A stretch of DNA of 63,173 nucleotides, filler included, from Octopus bimaculoides (lineage: Eukaryota), in the NCBI RefSeq assembly GCF_001194135.2. It is 8 parts of 8 records of this genome, joined end to end, with 100 filler letters (N's around TTAATTAATTAA, not from the genome) between each part and the next. Parts side by side here need not be neighbours in the genome. Positions count along the whole stretch, not along the records: positions 15,357 to 36,899 come from NC_068992.1; 7 more parts are not named here. One strand, written 5' to 3'. The notes under the pieces are model-generated. The model worked only from the letters and a program-made list of their open reading frames with translations. It ran no database searches and was not told the DNA's origin. A program made the translations under genes and the position numbers. Positions 22,620-36,899 of the stretch are shown piece by piece (position 1 is the first letter of the stretch; each line of letters begins with the position of its first letter).

Positions 22620-23160
22620 CTGATGCTGATTGTAGAGAACAAACACCGAAGATGTTACCCACATCTGTCTGAAAATGTCATCACGATTCGGTCAGTTAAT
22701 GAAGTATATGGTAGTTAAAACTCTGTACAGTGAAATCTGCAGATTGGATAGTCTTAGGGTATCGTCAACTATAATATAAATGAATTTTGGTAGAATGTTT
22801 CCGTCAAAATTGAAGCATGACAAACCAGACATAATGATCTGAGACAGAAAATGAAGTATGTTCAGTAGTGGAAATCGGTCGTCTTGCAGATGTTAACACA
22901 ACATTAAAAATAAAAGAAAAATGTAAACTGTGCCAAAACTAATTAGAACTCCGCAAATACTCCAACTGGGTTATAGCTTTAGATTTAAACTGGTGATTAT
23001 TGGGGTACTTCGTTACATAACTGAACTGTCTCTGCAACAATGCTAAGGAGCTGGGTTTCACAAAACCAGAACAGACACGGCTAATTAGAAGATTAGAGCC
23101 AGAAACCATTAAAGGCACCGTGAAAATATGTAAAACATTTTAGAAGTTTAGCCTGTAATA
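22620..23160 (+). mobile_element. 3' end of an R4/Dong-type (RLE) LINE, decayed
   Basis: Broken frames give TEDVTH (zinc knuckle region), KHDKPDIMI*DRK (PD..E nuclease), VIIGVL, LGFTKPE..RLIRRL and GTVKICKTF. Confidence 0.7.
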
Positions 23161-23498
23161 AGTGTATAAACACATGTGGAGACATACAAACATACGTATG
23201 TGTGTGTGCGTGTAAATATATATATATATACGCCCACATATACTCTCACATTCACACATATACATGTACACACGTATTCAAACGTATATACGTACGTACA
23301 TCATTACCTAATTGATACTGTTGAAATTCCAATGAAAAGGCCTTGTTTTTGAGACACTTTCGTGATTGTCAATTTTCAAAAGTAAAATAAGAACACATCC
23401 ATACACATACATTCATATTTACATACACACACACACACATCTTTTTACCTCCATATATAAATATTGATAGATAAATAGATAGATAGATAGATAGAGTG

Positions 23499-23543
<45 letters not shown>

Positions 23544-24331
23544 CACAAAAGATTACTTGCACACTCTTATATGCTCACGTCCATACCCAAACATGTTGAA
23601 TCCATCTATCTATCCATCCATACTACATACAGCTATACATGCATGTATCCATAAATGAATACATACATACATACATACATACATACATACAAACATATAT
23701 CTACAAACCTACATTCAATCAGATCAAAGTATATGAACCAACACACCAATAAACTAAAATGGAGTTAGTAGGTTAAAATTTCTAGAGAGATGCAGATGCG
23801 GTGCTTTTAGTGGTTTTCTGCTGTCTCAGAATAACAGAATAGGGAGTATGTGGTGCAGGAATGCCGTAGAGTAAAAGTTTATATATCGCGTGTTTATATG
23901 CTTTGAATGGCAGCACGGCGATAATTAACCACATAACAAAGACTTAAAAACCATTAGCGTTTACCTACCGAATTTTTCTCAACTTTCTGTGTGCAAATTT
24001 GTTTATGTGTTTGTCTATGAATTGTGTATTTATGCGTGTGGGTGCGAGTGATAGGGCTGTGTATGAGTGTACGTATACACATACATGTGTGTGTGTGTGT
24101 GTCTGTGTGTGTGTGTCTGTGTGTGTGTGTCTGTGTGTGCGTGTGTACGCGCGCGTGTGGGTGGTAGTTGTGTGTGTGTGTGCATATATATATGTATGTA
24201 TGTATATATATATATATTATATACGTATGTATCTATGTACGTATGTACGTATAGGGGGTTGTAATAGATAGATATATAGATAGATAGATAGATGCATACA
24301 TACATACATACATACATACATACATACATAC

Positions 24332-24368
<37 letters not shown>

Positions 24369-25554
24369 NNNNNNNNNNNNNNNNNNNNNNNNNNNNNNNN
24401 NNNNNNNNNNNNNNNNNNNNNNNNNNNNNNNNNNNNNNNNNNNNNNNNNNNNNNNNNNNNNNNNNNNNNNNNNNNNNNNNNNNNNNNNNNNNNNNNNNNN
24501 NNNNNNNNNNNNNNNNNNNNNNNNNNNNNNNNNNNNNNNNNNNNNNNNNNNNNNNNNNNNNNNNNNNNNNNNNNNNNNNNNNNNNNNNNNNTTGTATACG
24601 CAAATTAAATTTAGCCATTGAGGAATGTAGTGGCGGACAAAAAACAAGACAGGAAAACAAACAGAAAAGGCTTTACGGCCAGACGAGAAAAATTATGTGT
24701 GTAAGAACGCGATGAGGCACGGAATATGTATATATACACACACACACACATATGAATATATATACATATACAAATATACAGATGTATGTACATATATATG
24801 TCTATGTGAGTGTGTGCGTGCGTATATGCTTGCTATGTATGTATGTAACCTCTCTCAGTCCGCTTTCCCAGTTCCCGACACGCTCGTTAAAAAGTGCCGC
24901 CAACTCCGACACCACACATGATACTTTTATCATTAAACTCGTCGTTTCAAAGTCATTTCTAATTTTACAACTCACAAAGCGCCTACTTTTTCCATCTCTT
25001 CTTTTTCTTCTAGTTCTTGTAGTTGCTGCTAATGATTTTGAGGCTGTTGTTGTTGTTGTTGTTGTTGTTGTTTCCGCCTGTTTTAAAAAGTAACAACAAC
25101 CAGTTTACTGCTCGCAGTAGGGAGTAAGTACTCTTAGACAGACTCTTGCTGGTTTCTCCTCATAAACTAATCATCATAGACAGAAGAATAAGTCAAAACT
25201 CTTTTAGAAAGATAACTGACGTTCAAGAGTGGTGGAGAAGAAAATGAGCGTCAGGTAGGTTGGCAGGAATTCTTTTTTTATTTTTAACCCGTTGTCTCTT
25301 TTGTCTTCATTTAGTGGTTTTTGAATTTTTAGATAAAATTTTACTAAAAAGCAAAAAGGGAGATAGCTAAAGAACAAACGATTATCTTCTGAACTTCATT
25401 AGCTTACGACTGTTTCTGCTATGATCTGTGGTGGACACATTGTTGAGTGCCTGAGTAACATTTAATAGCTTCATCGGAGCTGCAAATATGAGGTGCAATT
25501 TATTTGGGACAACAAATACATTTAAGCACATATACTGAAAAGCATCATATATAT

Positions 25555-25725
25555 ATATATATACGACGGGCTTCTTCCAGCTTCCGTCGACCAAATCCTA
25601 TCCCCGTGCTTTGGTCAGCCCGAAGCTACAGTAGAAGACACTTGCCCAAGTTGCCTACTGCGTGGGACTGAACCCGGAACCATGCTTTTGGTTTGCAACC
25701 TTCTTAACACACAGCCACGGCTGCG
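25555..25725 (-). mobile_element. SINE family B, 5' part
   Basis: GAAGACACTTGCCCAAG...GGGACTGAACCCGGAACCATG...TAACACACAGCCAC. Confidence 0.85.
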
Positions 25726-26171
25726 TCGTACAACATCGAAAGCAAAATCTTTCATGGACACTGCTGGCCCTATTTTCTCTTGACGAATTGCTAATGTCAA
25801 TGTAGCACATCGAGTTTCTAATCTAGAAGACGTAGGTTTCAACACTAAAAGATATAAAATGATTGTTATGTGTCAATGAGAGCGCGTCTACGTGATCATT
25901 CGTCCAATAAGAAATAATAGCTAGATCTCCCTCAAATTGTACCGGATAGTCTTAGATAATGGCGACTTAGATGCAGTATGTCTGCATCAAGAGGAAATGG
26001 TCATATCAGAAGTATCTCCGAGCATAGATCTGCTCATTGGGAACTAAGCTAAATTACTACATGGGTGTAACAACTCTGAACATAGGTCTTATCGATTTAT
26101 AACCAACCTTAGCTTAAAGAATAAATTGTTCTGTCTATCGTCCCTTATTTTCGCACAAGACTGAAGAATTG

Positions 26172-26203
<32 letters not shown>

Positions 26204-27192
26204 GGTGGTGGTAGAGGTAATAAATCGCATTAGTGTTTGTGGTCGAGACATCATTGAGAGTTTTAGCAGCGTTGCTGATAAGAGCATTGGAGTTGTTGTT
26301 GTTGTTGGTGGTGGTGGTGGTAGCGTTGTTGGTGCTGATACTGGTGCTGGTGTCGGTGGTAGTATTGGTGTTATTTCCGATATTGCTGATGACGGTTGTG
26401 GTGGCAGTGTTGTTGTTGCTGTTGCTGCTGTAGGTGGTGGTAGCAATGGCGGTGATGGGGTGGTGGTGGTGGTGGTGGTGTTAGCGTTAATGTAAGCGTT
26501 TGTGAAGATGAAGTACGGTCGGCATTAATGATATGAAAGAGCAGCAACAGGTTTGTTTATTAGAGGTATACAGGGTGAACGCACCTTTAATGGAAGGTCT
26601 TAAACGGGTGGACAACGTAAAAACCAAAATACATCCATATAATCCAGTACAATAGGATTCACTCGAACGGTTATCGATTACCATTACCACAATTATTATT
26701 ATAACAATTATTATTATTATCAGCATTATTATTATTATTAGTGTTGTTGTTGCTGTTGTTATTATTATCATTTTTTTTTATTATTGTTATTCATCCATTT
26801 TTATGATTGTTCTTTTTTTTTTTTTTTTTTTTTTTGGTCTTTTTTGTTCGGCATACTGATGTTCCTTCTGTTGGTACCAATTATGGGAATTCACAGAATT
26901 CACAAGTGCTGTATTGAAAGTGGAACTATTTTGGAAACGTTGGCATCAGAGATATCAATCTCGCTTGCCCTTCATTCCCTCCTCCTGAACCGCCCACCAT
27001 CCCATCTCTCCTCCTCCTCCTCCTCCCTCCGTATTCCTTTGAAATCGGTTTTAAATGTGTCCCGTTTACTTGTATTCTGCCAACAGATTCACAAAAGAAA
27101 TCAAGAAAAAACATGAAAGAATACAAAAACATCAACATAAATCAAAACCGAAGCAAAAATCCGCCAACAACATATATAACATATAATGTATA

Positions 27193-27225
<33 letters not shown>

Positions 27226-27497
27226 GTAGCTGAAGTAACAGAATGGCCCAAGGTCCGATAGGTTCGTGCGTGTGTTGGCACCTATAAAACTAGTCACAGG
27301 TCAAAGGCCCGGGTTTATATAGTTGTTACTTTTCTGCTAAATATACATTATATTCATATTTTGAGTTCTATTTTTTTCGTGTTTGCCGCAGCCAAATAAC
27401 TGAAACAAGTAAAAACAATAAAAAGAATAAATATATACATACATATATATATATATGGGAGAATGTACGAAAAAAAACAACAGACGAGGACAGGTGG

Positions 27498-27556
<59 letters not shown>

Positions 27557-27828
27557 NNNNNNNNNNNNNNNNNNNNNNNNNNNNNNNNNNNNNNNNNNNN
27601 NNNNNNNNNNNNNNNNNNNNNNNNNNNNNNNNNNNNNNNNNNNNNNNNNNNNNNNNNNNNNNNNNNNNNNNNNNNNNNNNNNNNNNNNNNNNNNNNNNNN
27701 NNNNNNNNNNNNNNNNNNNNNNNNNNNNNNNNNNNNNNNNNNNNNNNNNNNNNNNNNNNNNNNNNNNNNNNNNNNNNNNNNNNNNNNNNNNNNNNNNNNN
27801 NNNNNNNNNNNNNNNNNNAAGGCCAACG

Positions 27829-27975
27829 ACCGTGCTCAAATCCTGTAGAGTTTAATTTTACCTTTCATCTTTTTGAGATCGATAAAAAATAAAGTAGCAG
27901 TCAAATACTAATTGATGTTGTCGATTCTAACCCCCTCTCTCAAGAATTGCTGGCATTGTGCCAAAATTTGAAACT
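27829..27975 (+). mobile_element. SINE family A, 3' part
   Basis: CCTTTCATCTTTTTGAGATCGATAAAAAATAAAGTA...ATTGCTGGCATTGTGCCAAAATTTGAAAC. Confidence 0.7.
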
Positions 27976-27991
27976 TTTGCTGCCACTACTA

Positions 27992-28039
<48 letters not shown>

Positions 28040-30079
28040 ATAATAATAATAATAATAACCCTATTAGTTGTAGTGGTGGTGGTCATGGTGTTTGCGTTGA
28101 TGATAATGATGATGTTCCTTTGGCACAAGGCCACAAGCCGTTAAACTCCAAGCCAGCCAATGCAGGGGAAGAAATCACGTTATGTTCCATCGTATTATCT
28201 GTCCCCTACCTCCATTACAGAGCTGTGTTGTGTTGTATTCTACAAGTCGTTAACTAATCTACAGGCTCCAGTAACGCAGGGATTCTTTAAATAACATGAT
28301 CAGCAAACCGAACGAGAGGGTCATACGATCTAATTGTTAATTAGGCGCCGTGCGGTTTCAGATTGTTTAGATAACTGTATTCACATCTGTTATTTTAGTT
28401 AGAATCATTTCCTGTTCGCCGTTACAGCAGTAGCAGCACTTACTGTGGCAGCGTGTTGCGAATAGCGAATGTCCTGCTTTGCTAAACAAACTCCTCGCAT
28501 TGAATCGACATCCATGACCTGCAACCCATGACCTGCAACCCGTGACCTGTGACCCGTGACCCATGACTTGTATCTCGTGATAAAAGCTTCGTTCGTCAGC
28601 TGCTTTACCGCATCGTTCCTGTTCATAGCGACATTGAGAAACAGATGAAAGCCACAAATGTCTTGCTCTTTTATATTTATTCTTTTTGTTGCTATTTTTT
28701 TTTAACGTTTTTAACCCAAGGATGGACCTGATCAAGCAGACCTATGACGAAGACGCTCCAGCAGTAACCATCCTGTTTTTTTTTTGTTTATCTATAACTA
28801 CTATAAGCCATGTTATAAAAAAGAGGTGAATTTGTAGTTGAGAGAAGTCCGCTTCCTATTTTTGATATGTCGAACGACCTCATATAGGCACTGGTCGATA
28901 ATGTTTACAACACTAGCGCCGCTTCTATTTCATATTTGAATTTATACTTACGTATTCATTGTCCGGACATACTAACACATAGTTTTCACACTTTATGAAT
29001 ATAACCCGTGGATTGTTGGTTCTATTCGCCTCCGATTCGGTTCGGGTACATGATGTTAATAAGCTACAGAAATGGCGAAACATCATCCCTAAATGCGATT
29101 TGGGGTGAGTTGTCTCGCTTGCCCATAACTTCCACACGTTTTAACACCCGGCACTTTGAGAGAGTAATCTCCACCGGGCCAAATCACAGCCTACTGGCAA
29201 ATATACAGTCCATGTACGTTAGGCGTGTACGGTCGATAATGCTAGTGTCCAGAGTTTGATTGCTGGTAATGGCTATTTCACTTAAGTGAGATAATTTCAT
29301 TGAGAAAGGCATGAACATTATAATAACTTAATCTTCTATCTTACCGAAACGCACACAATTGTTCATCCGTTGAAGAATGTCTCTGATCATGGGTGGCCGA
29401 GCAATTAACTCACTGCCGTAGTTGAAACCGTAACAAAGCTCTTGACAAACATGTGTCCCAGATTCGTTTTTCATTCGTAGCTAGTTCACTTAAATATCTT
29501 TATTATGTTTAGTGAAAAGTCATAAGTCTTACAAACTCTAATTATCAGGTATCAAACCAATAACTCATTATTTATATGCTCAACACATTAGGAAAAATGA
29601 CCACAATTCAAGTAAATGAATAATTAGTAATTAATATTTTATGATCAGCTTTTCCTTCGTGAGGTGCGTCTAGAAAAGTGTGAATCGAAACAATAGTAAA
29701 CCGCGTGTGTTACAAACACACAAATTGTTGAAAGGGAGATGATGTTCTCTGATGACGAAAGTCAACAGTGATCAAATATTCACGGTCAAAGCTGCTAGAA
29801 CGTTATAAGAATAAATAGGTCTCGCGAAACTGTTTGCGTTTTTCCTTTTAGTTTGGACGTAGAAGTAATTATTATTGTTTAATGCAACCATAGTGTGGAA
29901 AGAGGAATAGAATTGAAGTTTATGAATCCTGAATAAATTCATATGCTTATATCTAATAACCGAGCATCCTATAGTTAAAGTACAGGGTTTTGTAACTCAA
30001 CGAGGAAAAGCGCATGTCAGCTTATAGTCACGTAACCCTACATGCTAAGTTCGACTCCACTCGATGTAGAAATCATTAT

Positions 30080-30275
30080 ATTAGAGACAGCACGTCGGAC
30101 AAAATGTTTAGCGCCGTTTCTTCCGGTTTTACGATTTGAGTTCAATTTCTGCAGAATCGGCTTTGCCTTTCATCCATTTGGGGTCGGTGAAATAAATACC
30201 AGTTGATCACGACGGTCGATATAATCAACTAACTTCTCCTCGCAAAAGTTCAGGCGTTGGTGCCTCTAGCAGAAT
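30080..30275 (+). mobile_element. SINE family A
   Basis: AAAATGTTTAGCGCC...GAGTTCAATTTC...GCCTTTCATCCATTTGGGGTCGGTGAAATAAATACCAGTTG. Confidence 0.75.
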
Positions 30276-30945
30276 GGTTTATACTAAGGACGGCAGAATC
30301 AGTGAAGTGACAACCAAACGGTGAAGTGACAGACTATTGAGATAGTTTACCTTTTTTTTACATTGCGTGTTCAAATCACGGTAGGGGTTGATTTTGCTTG
30401 TAGCTGATGGCGGTGGGNNNNNNNNNNGGGGGGGGGGCGAAGAAGAACTAAAAGTGGCAAAAAGAGACAGAAATATTAAGACCAAGACAGGACAAGGAAA
30501 AGCAGAGAGAACAGACACGCGGACAAAGCAATAAACGAGAACCATCTGCTGATGTAGAGGCTATGGAGTGTTGGTGAGCGAGGTACTAGCATATGTGATT
30601 ACAAATCTAAATTTTTCTTTACAGCTGATAGTCTAATTGGTTATATAAGTGAAGACAATGTTTAACGCTAGTATTGTTGTTATTCGTAACCACGTAGCGA
30701 TGTCTATTTTACAGAATATTAAATATCTATAGATATGTAATTACTGAACGTGGAATGCTTCAGACTGCAAACCATTGTACCAATGAAATAAAATAACAAC
30801 GCTATAAGAAATTTACTATCAATTGTTAATATTATCATCGTTATTATAACTAGTGGTGTTTTGTACTTGTTGTTGTTGCAACTGTCTCGAGAATAATTGT
30901 TTTCATAACTTTGTATGTTTCCTTCGCACTCTAATATATATTCAT

Positions 30946-30979
<34 letters not shown>

Positions 30980-30994
30980 ATGGTTGTGTGTATG

Positions 30995-31087
<93 letters not shown>

Positions 31088-31116
31088 ACGTATATATATA
31101 TATGTATATATATATA

Positions 31117-31150
<34 letters not shown>

Positions 31151-31671
31151 CACATGCGTAAGTATATATATATATATATATATATATGCATCCACACACA
31201 TCCACATATAATGATTCGTAGTCGTCTTCGTGAGACAAAGTAGTAATGTTAAATGTTGCATTCATAATAATTATTGATTTCACCAACAATAGAAAAACAA
31301 TAATACACATCTATATACATGCATACTTTACATAAATATATATATAAATATATATATATATATTTGTATATGTAAATGTATAGTTTTATAAGTATATAAA
31401 TATATGTATGTAACTGCTCATATACATTTGTACATATATGATTAGTGTGACGGCGTGTGTGTGTGTGTGTGTGTGCTATTCTTTCATAAAATATAATCAA
31501 ACTCAATCACATTTGTTATAAAAGAGTAATTGTTAAAGCAATTTATTCATATCTAAGAGAGAAGAGTCTTGTCAGCATTTGAGATATCAGCAGGTACGGA
31601 AGTCGAAATACGCGCATACATTCATACATGCATACATACGTACATACACACACACACACACACATACATAC

Positions 31672-31706
<35 letters not shown>

Positions 31707-33537
31707 NNNNNNNNNNNNNNNNNNNNNNNNNNNNNNNNNNNNNNNNNNNNNNNNNNNNNNNNNNNNNNNNNNNNNNNNNNNNNNNNNNNNNNNNNNNNNN
31801 NNNNNNNNNNNNNNNNNNNNNNNNNNNNNNNNNNNNNNNNNNNNNNNNNNNNNNNNNNNNNNNNNNNNNNNNNNNNNNNNNNNNNNNNNNNNNNNNNNNN
31901 NNNNNNNNNNNNNNNNNNNNNNNNNNNNNNNNNNNNNNNNNNNNNNNNNNNNNNNNNNNNNNNNNNNNNNNNNNNNNNNNNNNNNNNNNNNNNNNNNNNN
32001 NNNNNNNNNNNNNNNNNNNNNNNNNNNNNNNNNNNNNNNNNNNNNNNNNNNNNNNNNNNNNNNNNNNNNNNNNNNNNNNNNNNNNNNNNNNNNNNNNNNN
32101 NNNNNNNNNNNNNNNNNNNNNNNNNNNNNNNNNNNNNNNNNNNNNNNNNNNNNNNNNNNNNNNNNNNNNNNNNNNNNNNNNNNNNNNNNNNNNNNNNATA
32201 TCTTAAAATATAAAACTAAAATTAAAGCTCACACATAGCACTGGTAAACTCTGTAAAATAAAACAGTAACAAGAAAAATTGCGTCAACAACAGCTAGCTA
32301 CAATAACAACGACAACAATAACAATAACAGTAGACACTACAGCAAGAATAACTACAGCAAGAACAAAACGATATTAAAGTGTAAATACATGAAAATAAGA
32401 CATACACAAAATGTCCACTTCATCTTCTGCTAATGCGAACATTTCCTTCCTTCTATGAGACAGATCGATCTAGAAATCTTTTAATATTTTCCATTATAAA
32501 TTTTATGTAAGAAACAGGACAAAGACTGTTTGTAAAGATATGGTAGTGCTACCAAGGAATTACTAAGTTCATGTCCAAGATTGGTTCTTCAAATGACGCA
32601 ATTTAGATCAAGTGCTGATTTATTTTGCTTTCAAATTCGGAAATTTAAAAGCATTAAAATTTACTAAACCGTATCGCAATGAATTTGCGGGTGGTTTATA
32701 TATTTACTATGTATTTATTATATTTTATTACGAGCATGTTTTACTATCTGTTGCTTATGTTTTCTGCTCTTGCTTTTGTTTCTGTAAACCATTTGGGTTT
32801 TTTTGCTGATTTGTTTTACTTTTTGATCATTTCATTATATGTTTTTGCTCTATATTTATTCTTTGTAAACTTACGAGAATATTAAGTCGGTCTCTGTTGT
32901 TTAGACTCACACATATGCTACAGACACGTGAACATATAAAGACAGACACACATACAAGTGTGTACAGTTATATGCTAACATATAAATATTTGTGTGTATG
33001 TATCTGTGTGGAAACTAAGTCAAATATATGCTATTGTAGGTAAATATTTTCTCCCATATATCGAAATGCACATATAATTATGCGTGTGTGAGTGTATATA
33101 TATACACACATACACTTGCACAATCCACTATGTACACCTTATACACACTCGCATACATTCAGACATGAATACATGTTCGTAATACTGATATACCATTCAT
33201 ATTTTGTATAAATAATTGCAGTTATACCAATATAGAACATACAAACATACACAACATACAAACGTACACAAAGGCTTACATATAATTAAATATATGATGC
33301 TACGACTTTCTATAGAGGAATTTTATTGATATTTTGTCAACACTGTGTATAGACAGATGCATACAGTGTTTGCTTTATTCCACAACTTCGTGAACAGGAA
33401 AATAGATATCAACCGGGCCGGTTTCAATCCTTCCATTCGGATCTCATCAGTGATCGAGTACCCTTTTAAACAGTTTAAACATTGTCTGTCTACGCATATA
33501 ATGTTCATAGCATCAGTTATATATATATATATATGTA

Positions 33538-33601
<64 letters not shown>

Positions 33602-33602
<1 letters not shown>

Positions 33603-33990
33603 GAGGGTAAGTCAAAAATTATCCGCACTTTCACCATAAAATGGCTTTATTTCTGTAACATTGCCTCCTGCTTATGCGTGCTTGTAGTTTGTACTATTGT
33701 GGTCACGTGATCGAAGTTTGAGTCTGATCGCACCCACGCCCGCTCCACTAGCAATGTGCGCCAAAGAAGAACAAAGAACAGTGATCCGATTTCTCTAGTC
33801 GCAAGGTGTGTCAGGTGCTGAAATTCATTAACACATTACGGGGACAGTGTACTACTGTGTAGAAGTGTGTATGAGTGAATCGCGAAGTTTAAAAGTGGTC
33901 AGGTAAACGTGATGCACGAAGGGGTAGCAGGATGCTCGTCAACCTCCACCACTGACAAGAAGATCCAGCTATTCGAGAGATGGTAATGTT
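33602..33990 (+). mobile_element. Mariner 5' end with decayed transposase N-terminus
   Basis: TA-CGAGGGTAAGTCAAAAATTATCCGCAC TIR. Broken frames read MCAKEEQRTVIRFL*SQGVSGAEIH, YGDSV, RSVYE*IAKFKSG. Confidence 0.8.
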
Positions 33991-34487
33991 TAACCGGTTC
34001 ACTATTACCATCTCTCGGACCACTGCTCCTTGTTTTCCTTTGGTGCACATTGCTAGCGAAGTATCCATGCTTACACTGTTAAATTCATATTGTGTCCTTC
34101 CTTTGGCAAGGAAGAGAGGGCAGTGTTCTTTTACCTCGTGGTTATGTATGGCATGATGTACGCAATTGAAAATTTCGAGGGTTGAGTTTTTTTTAACATT
34201 TTCTCTTATCTTTCAGACTGAGCTGTTATTAGCTCCTTCAAGTACTTCTTATTGGGAGAACTGAGTAGAGTGGGTGGTACTGCCCACGAATAAATGTTTT
34301 AAAAGGTAAGTGCGGGATGGAAAATAATCCAGTTAATTTTCGATTGTATGTAGGCAGCAAGAAATAGAAGGTCATTGGTTTTGGTCTGTGAGTGAGGAGT
34401 CTCGGAACTGTTTGGTGCACTATTGTTTTTTTAAAATTCTATTATAATAATAATGATGATGATGATAATAATAATGACAATAATAAC

Positions 34488-34532
<45 letters not shown>

Positions 34533-34565
34533 TCTTATTATGCTTCTTATTATTATTATCATTAA

Positions 34566-34677
34566 GTCGGCGAGCTGGCAGAATCGTTAGCACGCATTTC
34601 GTCCGTCAGCACGCTCTGAGTTCAATTTCCGCCGAAGTCGAATTTACCTTTCATCTTTTCGCGGTGCTTTTAGTAGA

Positions 34678-34719
<42 letters not shown>

Positions 34720-34990
34720 ATTTTGCGGTGTTGATAAACTAAAGTACTAGTTAAGTCGACGTGATCGAGTAATTTCCTCCTTTCTAAAATTGCCGATCTT
34801 ATGACAAGGCTGACAGAATGGTTAGAGCATTGTAGAAAGAAAATAAAAAATGCTTCACCGGATTTGTTCCGACTCATCACATTCTGATCTCACCAAGCTC
34901 AACTTTGCCCTTAATAAGAGCAAGAGTCGATCGTATCGACTAAGCTTTTCACTCTAAATTGCAGTCTTTATACCTAAATCAGAAACCGGT
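34566..34990 (+). mobile_element. Two tandem SINE family A copies; the first is interrupted by a short tail-only insertion
   Basis: GGCGAGCTGGCAGAATCGTTAGCACG head at 34569. Second head GGCTGACAGAATGGTTAG at about 34808. Confidence 0.7.
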
Positions 34991-35037
34991 ATTGTTAATT
35001 TTTTTTTACTGCCGCTACCACCACCACGACGACAACC

Positions 35038-35106
<69 letters not shown>

Positions 35107-35449
35107 GCCATTTTGGAGTGTGTTTCACTTAAAGGGTTTTGACAACATAAGTAACAAGAAAGCAGGGTTAGAACTGCAATAATTTCACTAGAAGCTTCTC
35201 GGTTTCTAGCTGAATATTTAGATGTATGTGTGTGTCTACGTGAGTGTGTGTGTGTGTGCGTATAAATATATATATATATATATGTGTGCTGTGTGTTGTT
35301 GTTGTTGTCAAATTTCTTCTCTATTTATTTATTTATTTTCCAGTTTCCTCTCCTGACTCGATGTTTCACCAAGCGGTAAATTTGTTTCGTAATACATCAA
35401 CTGTTTGTTTGACAGATAGTATATATGTTTATAGGTGTATTTATATACG

Positions 35450-35500
<51 letters not shown>

Positions 35501-36256
35501 ATATATGTATATATATGTATATATGTATATATATGTATATGTATATATATATATGTATATATGTATATATGTATATGTATGTATATATTTGTATGTATGT
35601 ACAGACATATATCAAACAATGCACACACGTATGCATACGTGGGTATATGTATATGTGTACAGGTATGGTTGTAAATGGGTAGATGTAAACGTGTGCGTGA
35701 TTATATGTATGGACGTGTGTGTGCATAAGTTTGTTTTCTTTCTAATTTTTACTTTACGCCAGAGTATTTTACTGTGTGATTCTATTTCGTGTATTCTTAT
35801 ACATCCAGTACCATCTTTATCTAAGTGCGAAGCTGAATACGAAAATTCGGCGTCAGAAACTAGTTTATAACTCAGTAACAGTCTGCTTTCTTCTCTATTG
35901 ATTTAATTAATTAAATTATTTTACTAATTGTCAGCCGTCAATATCAATATGGTACCCAGTCTCTTATTGGATGGCTATCAAGGCAGTGTTCTGGCCCGTT
36001 TCCTTCCAAAATTGTTTATTTATTTATTTATTCCAAGCGGTTGCGTAATGACCCGGATGGATGGGAGAGACATCGTGAACAATTCACCTTTTAAATATCA
36101 GGTCAATTGTATTCTTTTAAAATTGTAGGATGCGATATCTAATCAGTCTGCTGACTACGTAGACCTGTTTGCGATGGCGGCCATCTTGTTATGTAGCCCC
36201 AAGTCAGAACTATAACTTTTGTTTTGGAACAAAGTACTTCGGAGTACATCTTGGTG

Positions 36257-36296
<40 letters not shown>

Positions 36297-36861
36297 GATG
36301 ACACTGGTGATATATGTCTTGTGTTATTCTGAGAAGATTTAAGTGGCCTGACTGGAGACCAGCTCTGGACTGTGTTGCCTAATAGATCGTCAATTGCTAT
36401 AGTATTGGAGAATGACTTCCAATGCCGTTCTTGTTCTTAGTTTTGTTAGTTTTAGTAAGGAAGGATAGTAGCAGTAGAACCTGATGACAATGATGATGAT
36501 GGGTATTCCGAGGAAATGAGGAAGCGGATAGCTGAGCTGCTAAAGGCTCTTGATCGTGGAATAGTTTAATGGTTCATCAATTGTGCTTATATTGAGGAGT
36601 GTTGTTGTTTTATAGTATTCGGTGTGTATTCAGAGCAATGATTAGTAATATTACGAAACCGGTATGCTTTTGAATCTTTCTAACAACTCACAATAATGAC
36701 TTTTATTATCTAGTTCATCTAATTATATATTTCTATCGTTACTTTTCATAAAAAGCCTTTACTTTTTTTTGATTTCCAATGTGCATTTTCGCTTATTTTT
36801 CTGCTTGCTTTCCCCTTACATTTCCACGTGTAGTTTCTATTTTGTTTTTGCAACATATTTC

Positions 36862-36899
<38 letters not shown>

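Noticed and set aside
29748-29765. CTGATGACGAAAGTC hammerhead-like core
   Set aside because: No helix II between CUGAUGA and GAAA, and no helix I partner.
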